Source: Octopus bimaculoides
Taxonomy: Eukaryota
Length of the DNA stretch: 64,000 bases
Reading direction: 5' to 3'
Assembly (NCBI RefSeq): GCF_001194135.2
Contig: NC_068982.1
Span: 29,225,853 to 29,289,852 of the forward strand
Each line of letters begins with the position of its first letter. Position 1 is the first letter of the stretch. Both the position numbers and the translations under genes were made by a program. The notes beneath the pieces are model-generated. The model worked only from the letters and a program-made list of their open reading frames with translations, had not been told where the DNA came from and did not search any database. Below, one piece after another: positions 39,280 through 52,276 of the stretch.

Positions 39280-39640
39280 GTGCCAATCACTTAAATGGAG
39301 GGAGGTTGTGGAAGAGGAACACCCAGGAAGATGTGGGATGGAGTACTGAAGGCTGATCTCAAAATGCTGAGCCTTACAAAGGAGATGACAGAGGACCAAG
39401 GTATGTAGTGCATTGCTGCACTCAAGAAGATTCATCCACCACAACAGAATTGAGATCCTAAAACCAATCATTGGATTGGGTGTTGGTGCCACATAAAAAG
39501 CACTCAGTACAGTCTGTGGAGTGGTTGGCATTAGGAATGGCATCCAACCATAGAAAACAAACCAAGACAGACTATAGAACTTGGTGTGGTCCGTGGCCTT
39601 GCTAACATGGAAAACAAACAGTAAATGATGAAGATGATGT
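39280..39640 (+). mobile_element. RTE LINE 3' fragment with 3' UTR
   Basis: GR.PRK.WD-type motif and LTKEMTED, followed by the shared (gat)n-ending tail. Confidence 0.75.
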
Positions 39641-40368
39641 TGATATACATACGCTGTATATGCTAGTGTTTAAGATGCACTTTTTCTTTTTATCCATAAA
39701 TGTTATAAACAATTGCTTAAGGACCTAGTGTGAGCATTTTATGAATGGGATACTAAGTACTGAATGTATGACGAAAGGTATTAGATTTGCTGTTTTCCAT
39801 AAAAAAATTAGTAATGTGTCTTATGCATGGGTATGTTTTACACACTGGCATATATAGTGTACACACACACACACACACTCAAATATGTATGATAATGATT
39901 GTGTTTCTTGTTTAAAAAAATTAGTATGAGTTACCTTCTGTGAAGTGATTTCAGAATAGTTTAAAATAGTTATAAACCTTTAATGTTTTAAAAGAAAGTA
40001 AGTATTACATGTTTGGTTGCTGAATCGGTAAAAATATTTAGAATCTGATATATGGGGGTTAACTTACTTCTGTTTACCTCAATTATTTAATCATTTTTAT
40101 ACTGTAAATGAAAACTGCCTATACATGAGTATATATATGTATATCATCCTTATCATCATTATTTAACCTCTGTCTTCCATTCTGACTTGGGGTGGCCAGT
40201 TTGACCAGATCTGGTATGGCCAGGTGCGCACCAGGTTTTATTGTCTGTTTTGGCATGGTTTCTATGATTGGATGCTCTTCCTAACATCAATCACTCCACA
40301 GAGTATGGTTTGACAAGATCTGATGAACCACAGAGCTGTACCATGAACCATGTCAGTATATGTGTGTG

Positions 40369-40399
<31 letters not shown>

Positions 40400-41071
40400 T
40401 CTCTCAGATTGGTTGGTGTTAGGAAGGGCATCCAGCTGTAGAAACTCTGCTAAATCAGATTGGAGCCTGGTGTAGTCACCTGGTTCACAAGTCCTCAGTC
40501 AAATCGTCCAACCCATGCTAGCATGGAAAGCGGATGTTAAACGACGACGATGATGATGATGATGATGATGATGATGATNNNNNNNNNNNNNNNNNNNNNN
40601 NNNNNNNNNNNNNNNNNNNNNNNNNNNNNNNNNNNNNNNNNNNNNNNNNNNNNNNNNNNNNNNNNNNNNNNNNNNNNNNNNNNNNNNNNNNNNNNNNNNN
40701 NNNNNNNNNNNNNNNNNNTATATATATATATATACACATACACTAATATAAGTGAAATTGTACTTCAGTAATACATTACAAAAACTAATTTTCTTTAAGA
40801 TGTTGTAGTCACCTAAGGATCTGCAAGAAATAACCAAAAAGTGCTATGACTTTGATAGATGTATATCCATTAGGAAGCACATGTATGAGATCTCTAAACA
40901 GAGAAACCAAGCTTTTAAGTATATTTGAACAAAAAAAAAAAAATGTCACTCTCAACCATGTGGTCCTGGGTTCATTCCCTCTGTGCAGCACCTTGCGCAA
41001 GGATTTTCTACTATAGTTCAGACCAACCAAAGCTTTGTGAGTGGATTTGGTAGACAGAAACAGAAACTATA

Positions 41072-41294
41072 GGGGGGTGAGCTGGCAGAAACCTTAGCAC
41101 GCCGGGTGAAATGCTTAGTGGTATTTTGTCTGCCGCTGCGTTCTGAGTTCAAAGGTCGACTTTGCCTTTTATCCTTTCAGGGTCGATTAAGTAAGTACCA
41201 GTTACACACTGGGGTCAATATAATCAACTTAATCCGTTTGACTGTCCTTGTTTGTCCCTTCTGAGTGTAGCCACTTGTGGGCAGTAAAGAAATA
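41072..41294 (+). mobile_element. tRNA-derived SINE family 3 (gagctggcagaa.cgttagcacgccggg... head) inserted in a family-1 SINE
   Basis: 16-bp TSD with one mismatch: agaaacagaaactata (41056-41071) / agaaactgaaactata (41295-41310). Confidence 0.85.
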
Positions 41295-41997
41295 AGAAAC
41301 TGAAACTATAAGCTCATCTTATATGTATATATGCATGTATACATCTATGTTTGTGTGTTTGTGATTGTCCCTTACCATCAAATAACAACCAGTGTTGGTT
41401 TGCTTATACCCCACCCCCCATGATTAAGCAGTTTGGCAAAAGAGACTGACAGAATAAGCATCAGACTTATAAAAGGATAAAGTACTGGAGTCAATTTGTT
41501 CAGCTAAACATTTCAAGGCATTGCCCCCAGCATAATCACAGCCCAGTGACTGAAACAAGTAAAAGATATATTTGGCATCCAGTCCTGATTCTATCCAGCA
41601 GCAAAGGAAAATAGAATGTTTCAAAATAAAATTAAATGCTACCACATATTAACATACATAGCTTTGGGGGGAAAACTATCATTGAAGCTGGCGAAACCAC
41701 TGACTTAATATGTATTTAACATTCTTTTTGTGAAACAGAGTGGAAAATAATAGTAGCTATAAGAACTGAAGGAACGGACAAGACACGTTGGGAAATGATA
41801 ACAGTACTGAGAAGATCAATGAGAGTGAAACTAGCAAATACATTAAGACAAGTAGTGACAGGTAGATCTTAAATAATCGTTTAATTAATTATCTCAATCT
41901 AAAATTGAACAAACATTAATGTAGTGCAAAATCTTTATAAGAGTTTTAAGTGGTTTTCACTGGATTTTAGGCTCATATAAAGTCATACAGAGACATA

Positions 41998-42390
41998 AAT
42001 GTTGTTGTTGTTGGCACTCCGTCGCTTACGACGTCGAGGGTTCCAGTTGATCTGATCAACGGAACAGCCTGCTCGTGAAATTAACGTGCAAGTGGCTGAG
42101 CACTCCACAGACACGTGTACCCTTAACGTAGTTTCTCGGAGATATTCAGCGTGACACAGTGTGACAAGGCTGACCCTTTGAATTACAGGCACAACAGAAA
42201 CAGGAAGTAAGAGTGAGAGAAAGTTGTGGTGAAAGAGTACAGCAGGGTTCGCCACCATCCCCTGCCGGAGCCTCATGGAGCTTTAGGTGTTTTCGCTCAA
42301 TAAGCACTCACAACGCCCTGTCTGGGAATCGAAACCGCGATCCTATGACCGCGAGTCTACTGCCCTAACCACTGGGCCATTGCGCCTCCA
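41998..42390 (-). mobile_element. tRNA-derived SINE family 2 (ggaggcgc.tggc..agtggttagg head), young CpG-rich copy
   Basis: tRNA-like head with a ggtttcgattccc B box; tail ...cctcgacgtcgtaagcgacggagtg(caa)n. Confidence 0.85.
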
Positions 42391-42547
42391 TGGCAGAAAC
42401 ATAAATACATTAATATCAAAATAAACAAACACATGGGATACCTACAGTAAACACAAAAGTAAATATGTACACACACACACATTTACATGTGAAGGAGCAT
42501 GGCCTAGTGGTTAGGGCATTGCACTCACAATGGCAAGGTCACAGGTA

Positions 42548-42995
42548 CATACTTACAAACTTCTTTTGCGAACAACGAAACAAATGGAAAACAAGACAAG
42601 TAACATAAAGAACGACCCTTCATCAGTTGTCGGCTGTTTATCTACTCCACATTTCGAGCAATAACGACAAGATGTGTCTTCGAGAAAACAGTTGCTCCCG
42701 CAAAGCAAAATAAAATTTGGGATTTGCAGAGGGTCAAAGTTGGTAACAAAAACAGGACAGTGAAAACTGAGCCATAACGAGGTGAGGTGGCGAGTGCTGG
42801 AGGAACAAGCTTTGACAGGAGAAAAGATAGAAGAGGAGACAGACAAGAATGCGTGTAATCCGTGTGGCAGACCAAAAGGAAAGAAAGAAGCACAAGTTGG
42901 GAAAAGAAAGATGGCCAATGGTCACGTGTGAGCGAGAGAGTAAAGGAGGAAGAGTGAGATAGAGAGAGAGAGAGAGACACACACACACACACACA
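42548..42995 (-). mobile_element. CpG-rich repeat carrying the hammerhead motif; possibly a Penelope-like element terminal fragment
   Basis: CpG-rich island in a CpG-poor intron, bounded by a truncated SINE head (about 42490-42545) and a (GA)n(CA)n microsatellite. Hammerheads are typical of Penelope-like terminal repeats; the family assignment is inferred. Confidence 0.45.
42615..42676 (-). ncRNA. Hammerhead ribozyme-like motif with non-circularly permuted strand order
   Basis: Minus strand reads CACAUC-UUGUCG-UUAUU-GCUC-GAAA-UGUG-(15 nt)-CGACAA-CUGAUGA-A-GGGU. Both conserved core motifs are present, with a 6-bp stem I, 5-bp stem III, 4-bp stem II (2 G-U) and an AUC cleavage triplet. Confidence 0.65.
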
Positions 42996-43479
42996 CTAAG
43001 AAGCTGTTTGGGTATTACAAGTATTGAAATTGGTATCAAAATTACTGATGTGTTTGCTTATCAGTAATTATTTGATTATTTATAATCATCTTTTATCTTT
43101 AATTTGTTTCAGTCATTAAACTGCGGCCATGCTGGGGCACTGCCTTGAAGAATCTTAATCGAATGAAACCACGTGGCTGTAAAGTAAGTTTCTTAACCAT
43201 ACAGCAGCCATGCCTGCAGTTACACACATACGCATACACACCACACAAACACACAAGTATGTGTAATAACAGATGTATGGATATAAATTATGAGCTTAGC
43301 TCAACTAAAAACTGAAAGCTAGGGTAAATTCCAAGGAATGGAACAATGGCATATATTTTCCGCCATGTGTAGTTGTTATATTTTTTGCCAAAATTTTAAG
43401 TTACTGTGTCAAACTAAAGACGCATGTCTTTAGCAAAAGCAAAATAAAACTGTTCTGATCCACAAAAGGTGTTTCTATA

Positions 43480-43518
<39 letters not shown>

Positions 43519-44162
43519 GAGAGAGGAAGAGAGGGAGAACAAACTATGTTGCATAGACTTTTGAATATTTCTGTACACTCTATATTTCAGTGAATAATCT
43601 GAGGAAGTAGATGTTTGAATAGAAACACTTAAAAATTTAAATTAGTCTTTAAACATTAAGACACAAATGGATGAGATAGCAGTATAGTATAAAAGAATAT
43701 TAAAAGAAATTATATATCTGAGCAGGCATTTCCACATATGTTGGAATCATTTTCTAATCCAAATTTTTTATTAGCTGCCACAGATATGGTGGACCATTTC
43801 GCAAATAAATAAATAAATAAATAAATTAGTATTTAGGCATTAAAATACCAAATATATATATTTCTATAATTATGAATTAAATCTGTGTGAGATAGAGTGA
43901 GATAGGGAAACTATGAGATTCAACTTGTTTCTGTTATGAAAACAGTGCAAATAGAGCAGTTTCTATTATGATGACTGACATGAACATTGACAGGCACCAT
44001 AGAAACATAGTAACCTATCACACATGTTTGCTTAATTCGTCATCATCTCATCGGCAGCATCTACGGGGAGGAGAGGAAGGGTTGTAAGAGAAGATAGGCA
44101 AAATAAGAATGGCATTCGTGTGAGGTGGCAGGGGGAGGGAGGAGGTGGAAGTGTGATATGGA

Positions 44163-44193
<31 letters not shown>

Positions 44194-44213
44194 TAAGAGA
44201 GAGAGAGAGAGTA

Positions 44214-44244
<31 letters not shown>

Positions 44245-45499
44245 ATGTAAAGATGGCCAACACCAAGGAAACATATGGCAACACAGTCGTTAAATTAAGG
44301 ATCGCTTAAAGAAATAAAGTTTTGAAGGATATCAAGAAATTTGGTTTCGGAAAAATTATATTACACACATACATATATATGTGTGTGTGCGTGTGTATAT
44401 AGATATTGATACGTATATATATATATGTGTGTGTGTGTATATATATACTAGGCATCCAAAGAATAAGTCCTAGGGTCGATTTGCTCGACTAAAGGTGGTG
44501 CTCCAGCATGGCTGCAGTCAAATGATTGAAACAAGTAAAAGAGTATATGTGTATATATGTATATATATATATATTACATTACATGTGTGTATATATATGT
44601 ATATATATATATATATATATATACATATTATATTATGTGTGTGTATATACATATACATGTTTATACGTGTGGGTGGGGGGTGTTAATACTTTAAGTTCAT
44701 TTGTTCATGCATTTCTTTATCAATTACAATGATGATGATGATGATGACAATGTTGATGATAAATGTGATACATGCACAAACACATGGGCACATTTCTTCG
44801 AATACAATTAAAAGATTAAAAGGGTGTGTGTGTGTGTAGGGGTGGGTGAGGAAGTAAATAAATTAATAACTACATAAATACACACATGCACACACATGAA
44901 TACAAACACACACACACACACACATCTGTCAACAGAGATATTGGATAAAAATGACATCGATTAAGATACTTGTACCTAGAATTTCGTAGAAATTCAAAGG
45001 TGGTGGTGGTGGTAGTAGTAGTAAGAAAAGAAATCTATGAATATTGGAAAAACATTACCATAATACTGCCCACACACCTAATAAATTCATCTATAACCCA
45101 CCTTCTTAGCATGCTAAGAGTAGCAGTCGAATATCCTTTAAATCATACACACACACCCTAGGAAAGACGGCTTGGATACTGCGATTCGGTATACGAACGC
45201 AATGCAATGCCGGAATAAAAGACAAATGGAATGCCTTTGATCACAGATCTGCTGGATCAGAGCTGACCCCAGAAAAAGAGAAGGCTAAACAACACGAAGC
45301 AATAAAGAATAGCTGAAAAATTTGCCTCGGATTTGGAAGTGGTGGTGGTGGCGGTGGGGAGGGGACAGTATTTCTTATATTGGTGACGATGATGATGATG
45401 ATGATGATGATGAAGGGTCTGTATCACCATGAACATGGAATGAGGAAATACAAGAGAACATTCAGACAAACATAGATAGAATAATTTATATGTTGTTTA

Positions 45500-45743
45500 C
45501 CGTATTTTCTGGCATACAAGTCCAGGCTTTAAAGACCAAAATTTGCAGGCCCAAAATAATAATAATAATAATGATAATAATAAATGTAGAAAGGTAGGTC
45601 AACTTATACACCAAGACGACCCTGCAGGACTGAGAATTCCATGTGAAATGCAGCAAGATTTGGAAAGACAGTGACGCTGTTTGAATGTTTACACGAAATG
45701 TTTACACTACATATTGCATCGACTTTTATGCCGGAAAATACGG
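45500..45743. mobile_element. Tc1/mariner (Tc2/pogo-like) MITE
   Basis: TIRs ccgtattttctggcatacaagtc / gacttttatgccggaaaatacgg; TA on the left, TG on the right; internal gtcaacttatac motif. Confidence 0.7.
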
Positions 45744-45813
45744 TGTATTTAAGACCTGTGTTATCTTTCAATAGATTCCATGCCTTATAAACAATAGCAA
45801 TGACTCCACACAT

Positions 45814-45857
<44 letters not shown>

Positions 45858-46079
45858 TATTGTGCCGGATGACCAGATAACCGAGGGCTGGAGGAGTGGT
45901 GATGGTGGTACTGGTGGATTTTACGTTTTGTGAGTAATGAAATCAGTAGTAACAGTAGTGACGATTATGATGATGATGATGATGATGATGTCGATACTAG
46001 TGATATGGATAACAGTAAAATATAAATTACACGACAAAATATTTAATTTACATAATTGATCAGACAGGTAGCTTTCAGG

Positions 46080-46184
46080 GATTTATCTATCTAGCTATCT
46101 ATCTGTCTATCTATCTATCCATCTACCTATCCATCCATCTATCTATCTATCCATTCATCTATCTATCTATCTATCTATCCATTC

Positions 46185-46219
<35 letters not shown>

Positions 46220-46228
46220 CATCCATTC

Positions 46229-46264
<36 letters not shown>

Positions 46265-46340
46265 GTCTAGTCTATCCACCCACCCGTTCACCCACCGGTC
46301 CATCCACCCACCTACTCAACCATCCATCCATCCACCCACC
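46080..46340. repeat. (CTAT)n/(CCAT)n compound tetranucleotide tract
   Basis: Read directly from the sequence. Confidence 0.95.
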
Positions 46341-46529
46341 TATCTATCTACCTCTATATATTTTGTTTAAAATTTTTTTTTTTTTTGTAAATGTTTTTCT
46401 TTTCCTTTTTCTTTTCCTTCTTTTTTGTTTCCCCCTTGTCAATGAGTAATCAATCAAGCAGCCTGATAAAATATCGGATTGTCCAGCCTTTGTGGTCATC
46501 ACAGACATAAGAGACTGGATCACCGAAAG

Positions 46530-46920
46530 CAACCAGTGATGGCTGTGACAACAGCAGCAATGATGCTGCTGTGTGCTGCTGTGCTGGTGGTGGTGGTGGT
46601 GGCGGTAGCGGTGGAGCTGGCGGCACCAGAGGCGGTGACATCACTAGTATCATCATCATCATCAGCAGCAGCAGCACCGACAACAACAGTAGCATCATCA
46701 ACATCAACCGGGTGTGGCAATGCATGGCTGGCACTTATCATACGGCTTGTTAATGTTTGCGGTAGCAGCAGCGGTGGTGGTGGTGGTGGTGGTGGTAGTA
46801 GTAATAGTAGTAGTAACAGCAGCAGCAGTTGTAGCAGCGTTTACAGCAGCACTACCACATCAACAACAGCAATAACAACAACAACAATGATAATAATAAT
46901 AATAATAATAATCTTGCTTG
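46530..46920. repeat. Mosaic trinucleotide tract (GGT, CAT, CAG, CAA, TAG, AAT)
   Basis: Read directly; explains the low-complexity ORFs here. Confidence 0.85.
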
Positions 46921-47009
46921 TTTGATGTGGAGATCCTAAAGCGCTTCTTTAATTGTAGTGATTGTTGAAATAGCGACTGTTGAGGTTTTTACAAGTTATA
47001 TTCTGAACA

Positions 47010-47055
<46 letters not shown>

Positions 47056-47510
47056 ATCATCATCAACGTTACGGTAATTTTAGTGTTGATATGAATTAAA
47101 GACTCATCACTTCTCATAGAACACGAATTACACAGAATCTAGTGACCAAAGATTGTAAAAAAAAAAAAATTAAAAAAATTAGGTAGAGAATACAGTGTCT
47201 TAAGAACAATATAAGTTCTTATTGTATTAATGGTAGTATTTGTGGGAATATTAACTCATCGAAAATGGATATAAATCAACCTTCCATATATTTACACAGA
47301 CACGCATAATATAAATCTACATACATACATACATATAGCGGTATACAAATAGGGTATTACATAGGAAGAGAATAGTAAGTGCTCGAAGTAAGATGTTTTT
47401 TGCATGTATATATACATGTGTGTGTACATATTTATGTATAACAGTAAATTAAACGGGAGAAAAAGAGTCAATGTTTGTAGTAGGGTGCGTGTGCATGCAT
47501 GCATATTTAG

Positions 47511-47542
<32 letters not shown>

Positions 47543-49169
47543 TTATTTTGACAACATCCTAAGATTATCTACATTATGTATGGAAGGCTCTGATATATTA
47601 AAACCAAACATATTAACAAATAATATATATAAATAATCATATATATATATTTACTTGTTTAATAGATAGAAATGTGAAGAAGATGCAAGCTAGCAAAAAT
47701 GTTGTTTTGTGGTGTGAAAGAGTGTATGATCATCAATATATGTCATTAATATGGGTAATTAATCAAGTCTACACCCCTTACTTACCAAATATTTTCCAGA
47801 ACTTTACATTACTACATTAAACTACAGCTGCTTTACACAGCCACCACAGCAGACATGTTGTAAACAAATGCAGAGAGTCTATACTATCTTATGCTCTGTG
47901 GTGTTATTGATCCGAAAGGGGAAAACCAAATGAAAAACTAAAATTAAAATCGTATGAGGTAAATATGAGTAACATAGGGGGATCTCCCTTAAAAAGAGAA
48001 AACAATAAAGGAATAAAACAAAGGAAAATGGTAAATCTAAAAATAAATGTTGGAGACAGAGTTGTTAGTTAAGAGAGAATATTGTAAATAGGAGAGAAGA
48101 TAGAACAAAAAAAAAAAACAAAAAAAACAAAGTTTCCACTGTGATTCTCATTTAAGGAGAGAAGCATGAAATCTTGAAGAAAAATATTTGGGAGATGAGT
48201 GAAGAAAGGGAATGCCAAGGAGAGGAGAAGAATAATGCATGTGTGTGTGTGTGTGTGTGTGTGTTTTGTATTCAAATGATTGTAAAGTGACATATGACAA
48301 AGGAAATCACATCGAAATCTTTTGATGTTATTTATTGTCTTTTGGTGCTTCAGAACCAAACCAAACAAACAGATAAAATAAAATGAAAATAAATAGAATA
48401 ACCAAAAAAATAAATAGATAAAACAAAGAAAAATAGGGAAACCGCAAGATTTTCTTCTATCGGCCAGCAGTATCCCTATCTCAAAACAGAATCTATCCAT
48501 TTAGCACCCTCACTCTCCCTCAGTTCTATATTTTTGCTGTTTATTATATAGATCTAAATTACAAATCATTATTCGGAATAAAGAAATTTTTATGAATATA
48601 CTGTCAAAAAGTAAAAAAAAAGCTGTGTAGAAAGGAAAGAGAAAGTGAAAGTACACAAGGAAGAGTTATGTGTGTGAGTGTGCTTGTTTGCATGTGTGCA
48701 TACATATTCGTGTGTGTGTGTGTGTGTTGAAAGCAAGACTATATCAAGTAAACACACGAAGAAATGAGAGAGAGAGAGAGAAGGAGAAAGGAAGGGAGGG
48801 AGAAATCACAAAGGGTGAAAGAGAAAACCAAGCAAAGAAGTGTAGATGGAAGTATGGTTTCCTGTGTCAGATCTGTTGTCTATTCAATGTGAGTACAAAT
48901 GAAGAACATAAGACAATGGACTTATTACACTTTCTGTACATCTTGAGCATGATGAACTAAGTGAATGCAGAGATGTGCATTAAAGCCTGTAGAATGGCAG
49001 ACAGCATGTTCTTGCGAAATATCACAAGTAGTAGTATAAGACAAGACATTTCTCATGCGTAATTTGGGTTTCCATTATATTATTGTTTATTTTTGTCGTT
49101 TTACGTTTTATATATTTTCTGTCTAACTAAAGCCATGGAAGATGGTTAAAGGAAAAAAAAAAATTTATA

Positions 49170-49740
<571 letters not shown>

Positions 49741-49993
49741 AGAAGAGAAAGAATTAGGAATATAATAGGACATACACTGGCAAAAAATCTTTACAGTTTG
49801 CAATTAACGGTCACAACCAATGTGGCCATTAAAAAGATGAGAAGAAAGACAAAGTAGTAGTAGTAGTAGTAGTAGTGATGGTGGTGGCGGTGTTGATTTT
49901 TGTGAATTGTAGTGATTGTTGATGATGTTTTGTACTTGTGTAAAAAAAACTCAACAATAACACATACACACACATGTATGTATGTATATTATA

Positions 49994-50056
<63 letters not shown>

Positions 50057-50188
50057 CCACATTGGTTCTGCAGGAATATAAATAAAACATAAAAAACAGA
50101 CAGTGTTGGAACTCTTTTAAACAAAATAATATATTCCTCTATACACAATCATACAAAAAACCCCACCTTTTTTGTATTTATTTTTACT

Positions 50189-50226
<38 letters not shown>

Positions 50227-50739
50227 TGTGTGTATGTGAGTATTTACATTCGGGAAATAAAAACAACATAACACTCAGTAATATATAAGTGTGTTTATAT
50301 TATTCTTCCAACATACCCAAACTGACTTACTGCACACTGTATCTGTACCCAGCAGTTTTGGGTGAACTCTGTTTTTACCCCCCAAGAACAGGAAAATATG
50401 CATCGAAGTCATGCTTTTAAGCAAAAGACACCGAAACACAAAAGGCAAGTCAAGTTATTGAAACTCATGTGGGTGGTAGTGATCGAGATAGCAATGGTTT
50501 CTATGTGAAATAATATTATCCATAGGCAGTGTTAGACATGGAATTATTCTGCTAAGCTATCTTTAACAATATTAAATAAAGAAAAATTACAAGAATTCAG
50601 GATTAAAAAAACCCAAAAAACAAAGAAACTTTGAAACCAAGAGCAGAAGTTACTTCTGCTTACTGTCAAGTTTTCATTCTACTAAATTTTAAATTGCTTT
50701 TTAATGAAAAATTTAATAATAATAATAATAATAATAATA

Positions 50740-52150
50740 ATCCTTTTTGCTGCAGGCACAAGGCCCGATATTTGGGCGAGGGGAGCCTAGTTGATTACAT
50801 CAACCCTAGTATTCCACTGATTCTTATTTCAATGACCCCAAAGGGATAAAAAAGCAAAGTTGACCTTGTTGGCGGAATTTGAACTCAGAACATAAGAACA
50901 GACAAAATGCTAATGATCCTGCTAGCTTGTCACCTTATTAATAATAACAATAATAATGATGATATCAAATTTTGGTACAGGGCCAGCAGGTTTAAGGGAG
51001 TGGGGTAAGTCTATCTCGGTGTTCAACTGGTACTTTCTTCATTGATCCCAAAAGGATGAAAGGGAAAGTTGACCGCAACGGAATTTGAACTCAGAATTTA
51101 AAGACAGACAAAATGCAGCTAAACATTTTGCCAGGCATGCTAACCATTCAGTCAGCTTGCCACCTTAATAATAATAATAATAATAATAATCCTTTCTACT
51201 ATAGGCACAAGACCTGAAATTTGTGGGGAAGAGATTAATCAATTACATCAACCCAAGTGTTACACATTCTATTCATTTCCCAGCAAAAAGAGGTGAGCCC
51301 CGTACTATGCTCAGGTCATGGCATAGAATGCAGCCCCCAATATCAGCAGTGGGACCCAACAGTATATGTTGGTTTACCCCCGCCTCGTCATGCTGGTTCT
51401 GTACCCCCTTGAGTAACATCAAATTCACTCATCTGTCCACAAGCACTCTCCAAGCTTTCCTAATAAAAATTATATTAAGTATAATTCATTCTACTGTACG
51501 CACAAGGCCTGAAATTTGGGGATAGGGACAAGTTGATAACATTGATCCCCAGTATTTAGCTGGTATTTTTATTTTGTCAACTCTAAAAGGATGAACGGCA
51601 AAGTCAACCTTGGTGGAATTTGAACTGAGAACATAAAGCTAGAAGAAACGCTGCTAAGTATTTTGTCTGGTGCAGTAATGATTCTGAGAGCTGCCTTCAT
51701 AATAATACTGATAATAATGATAATAATAATAATGGTTTCTGATTTAGATATAAAACCAAAGATCCTGCAGGGAAGGTGTTAGCCAATTACATTGACCTCC
51801 AGATGATGAAAGACTAAGTTGACCATGGTGGAATTTGAGTTCATAATGGGACGAATCAGAAGAAATGCTGCTAAGAATATTGTCTGACACAGTAACAATT
51901 CTGCCAGCCCGCTACCTTAATAATAATAATATTATTATTATATTTCTTTCTACAATATGCACAAGACCTGAAATGTTATGGGAAGGGGAACTAGTTGATT
52001 ACATTGAACCCAGGGCTCAACTGGTACTTATTTTATTGATCCTGAATGGATGAAAAGCAAAGTTGTTCCTGGCAGGATTTGAACTCGAAACAAAAAGAGC
52101 TGGAAGAAATATGATGAAGCATTTTGTCCAATGCTCTAACAATCCTGAAT
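50740..52150 (-). mobile_element. Head-to-tail array of about six family-3 SINE copies separated by (AAT)n
   Basis: Recurrent cacaagg...gattacat...aaggatgaa..gcaaagttgacc...gaatttgaactcagaa units about every 220-270 bp. Confidence 0.85.
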
Positions 52151-52276
52151 AATGATAATATAAAGATTAAAACAAAACAAAAAAAGAGCATAGAAAAAGA
52201 ACTGTTCTTTAGAATGTTTAAGTGCTAACAACAATTCTGGGTGTACTCAAAGTAACTAGAACTATTCGTTATCCCC

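Noticed and set aside
44010-44070. Acceptor-like polypyrimidine tract and short exon candidate on the minus strand (also a strong donor near 47785)
   Set aside because: Stops in all frames, and the pyrimidine tract is just the adjacent (CT)n microsatellite; no partner exon.
46450-46925. 148-aa and overlapping low-complexity ORFs
   Set aside because: Fully explained by a mosaic of trinucleotide repeats; no splice-phase link or recognisable domain.
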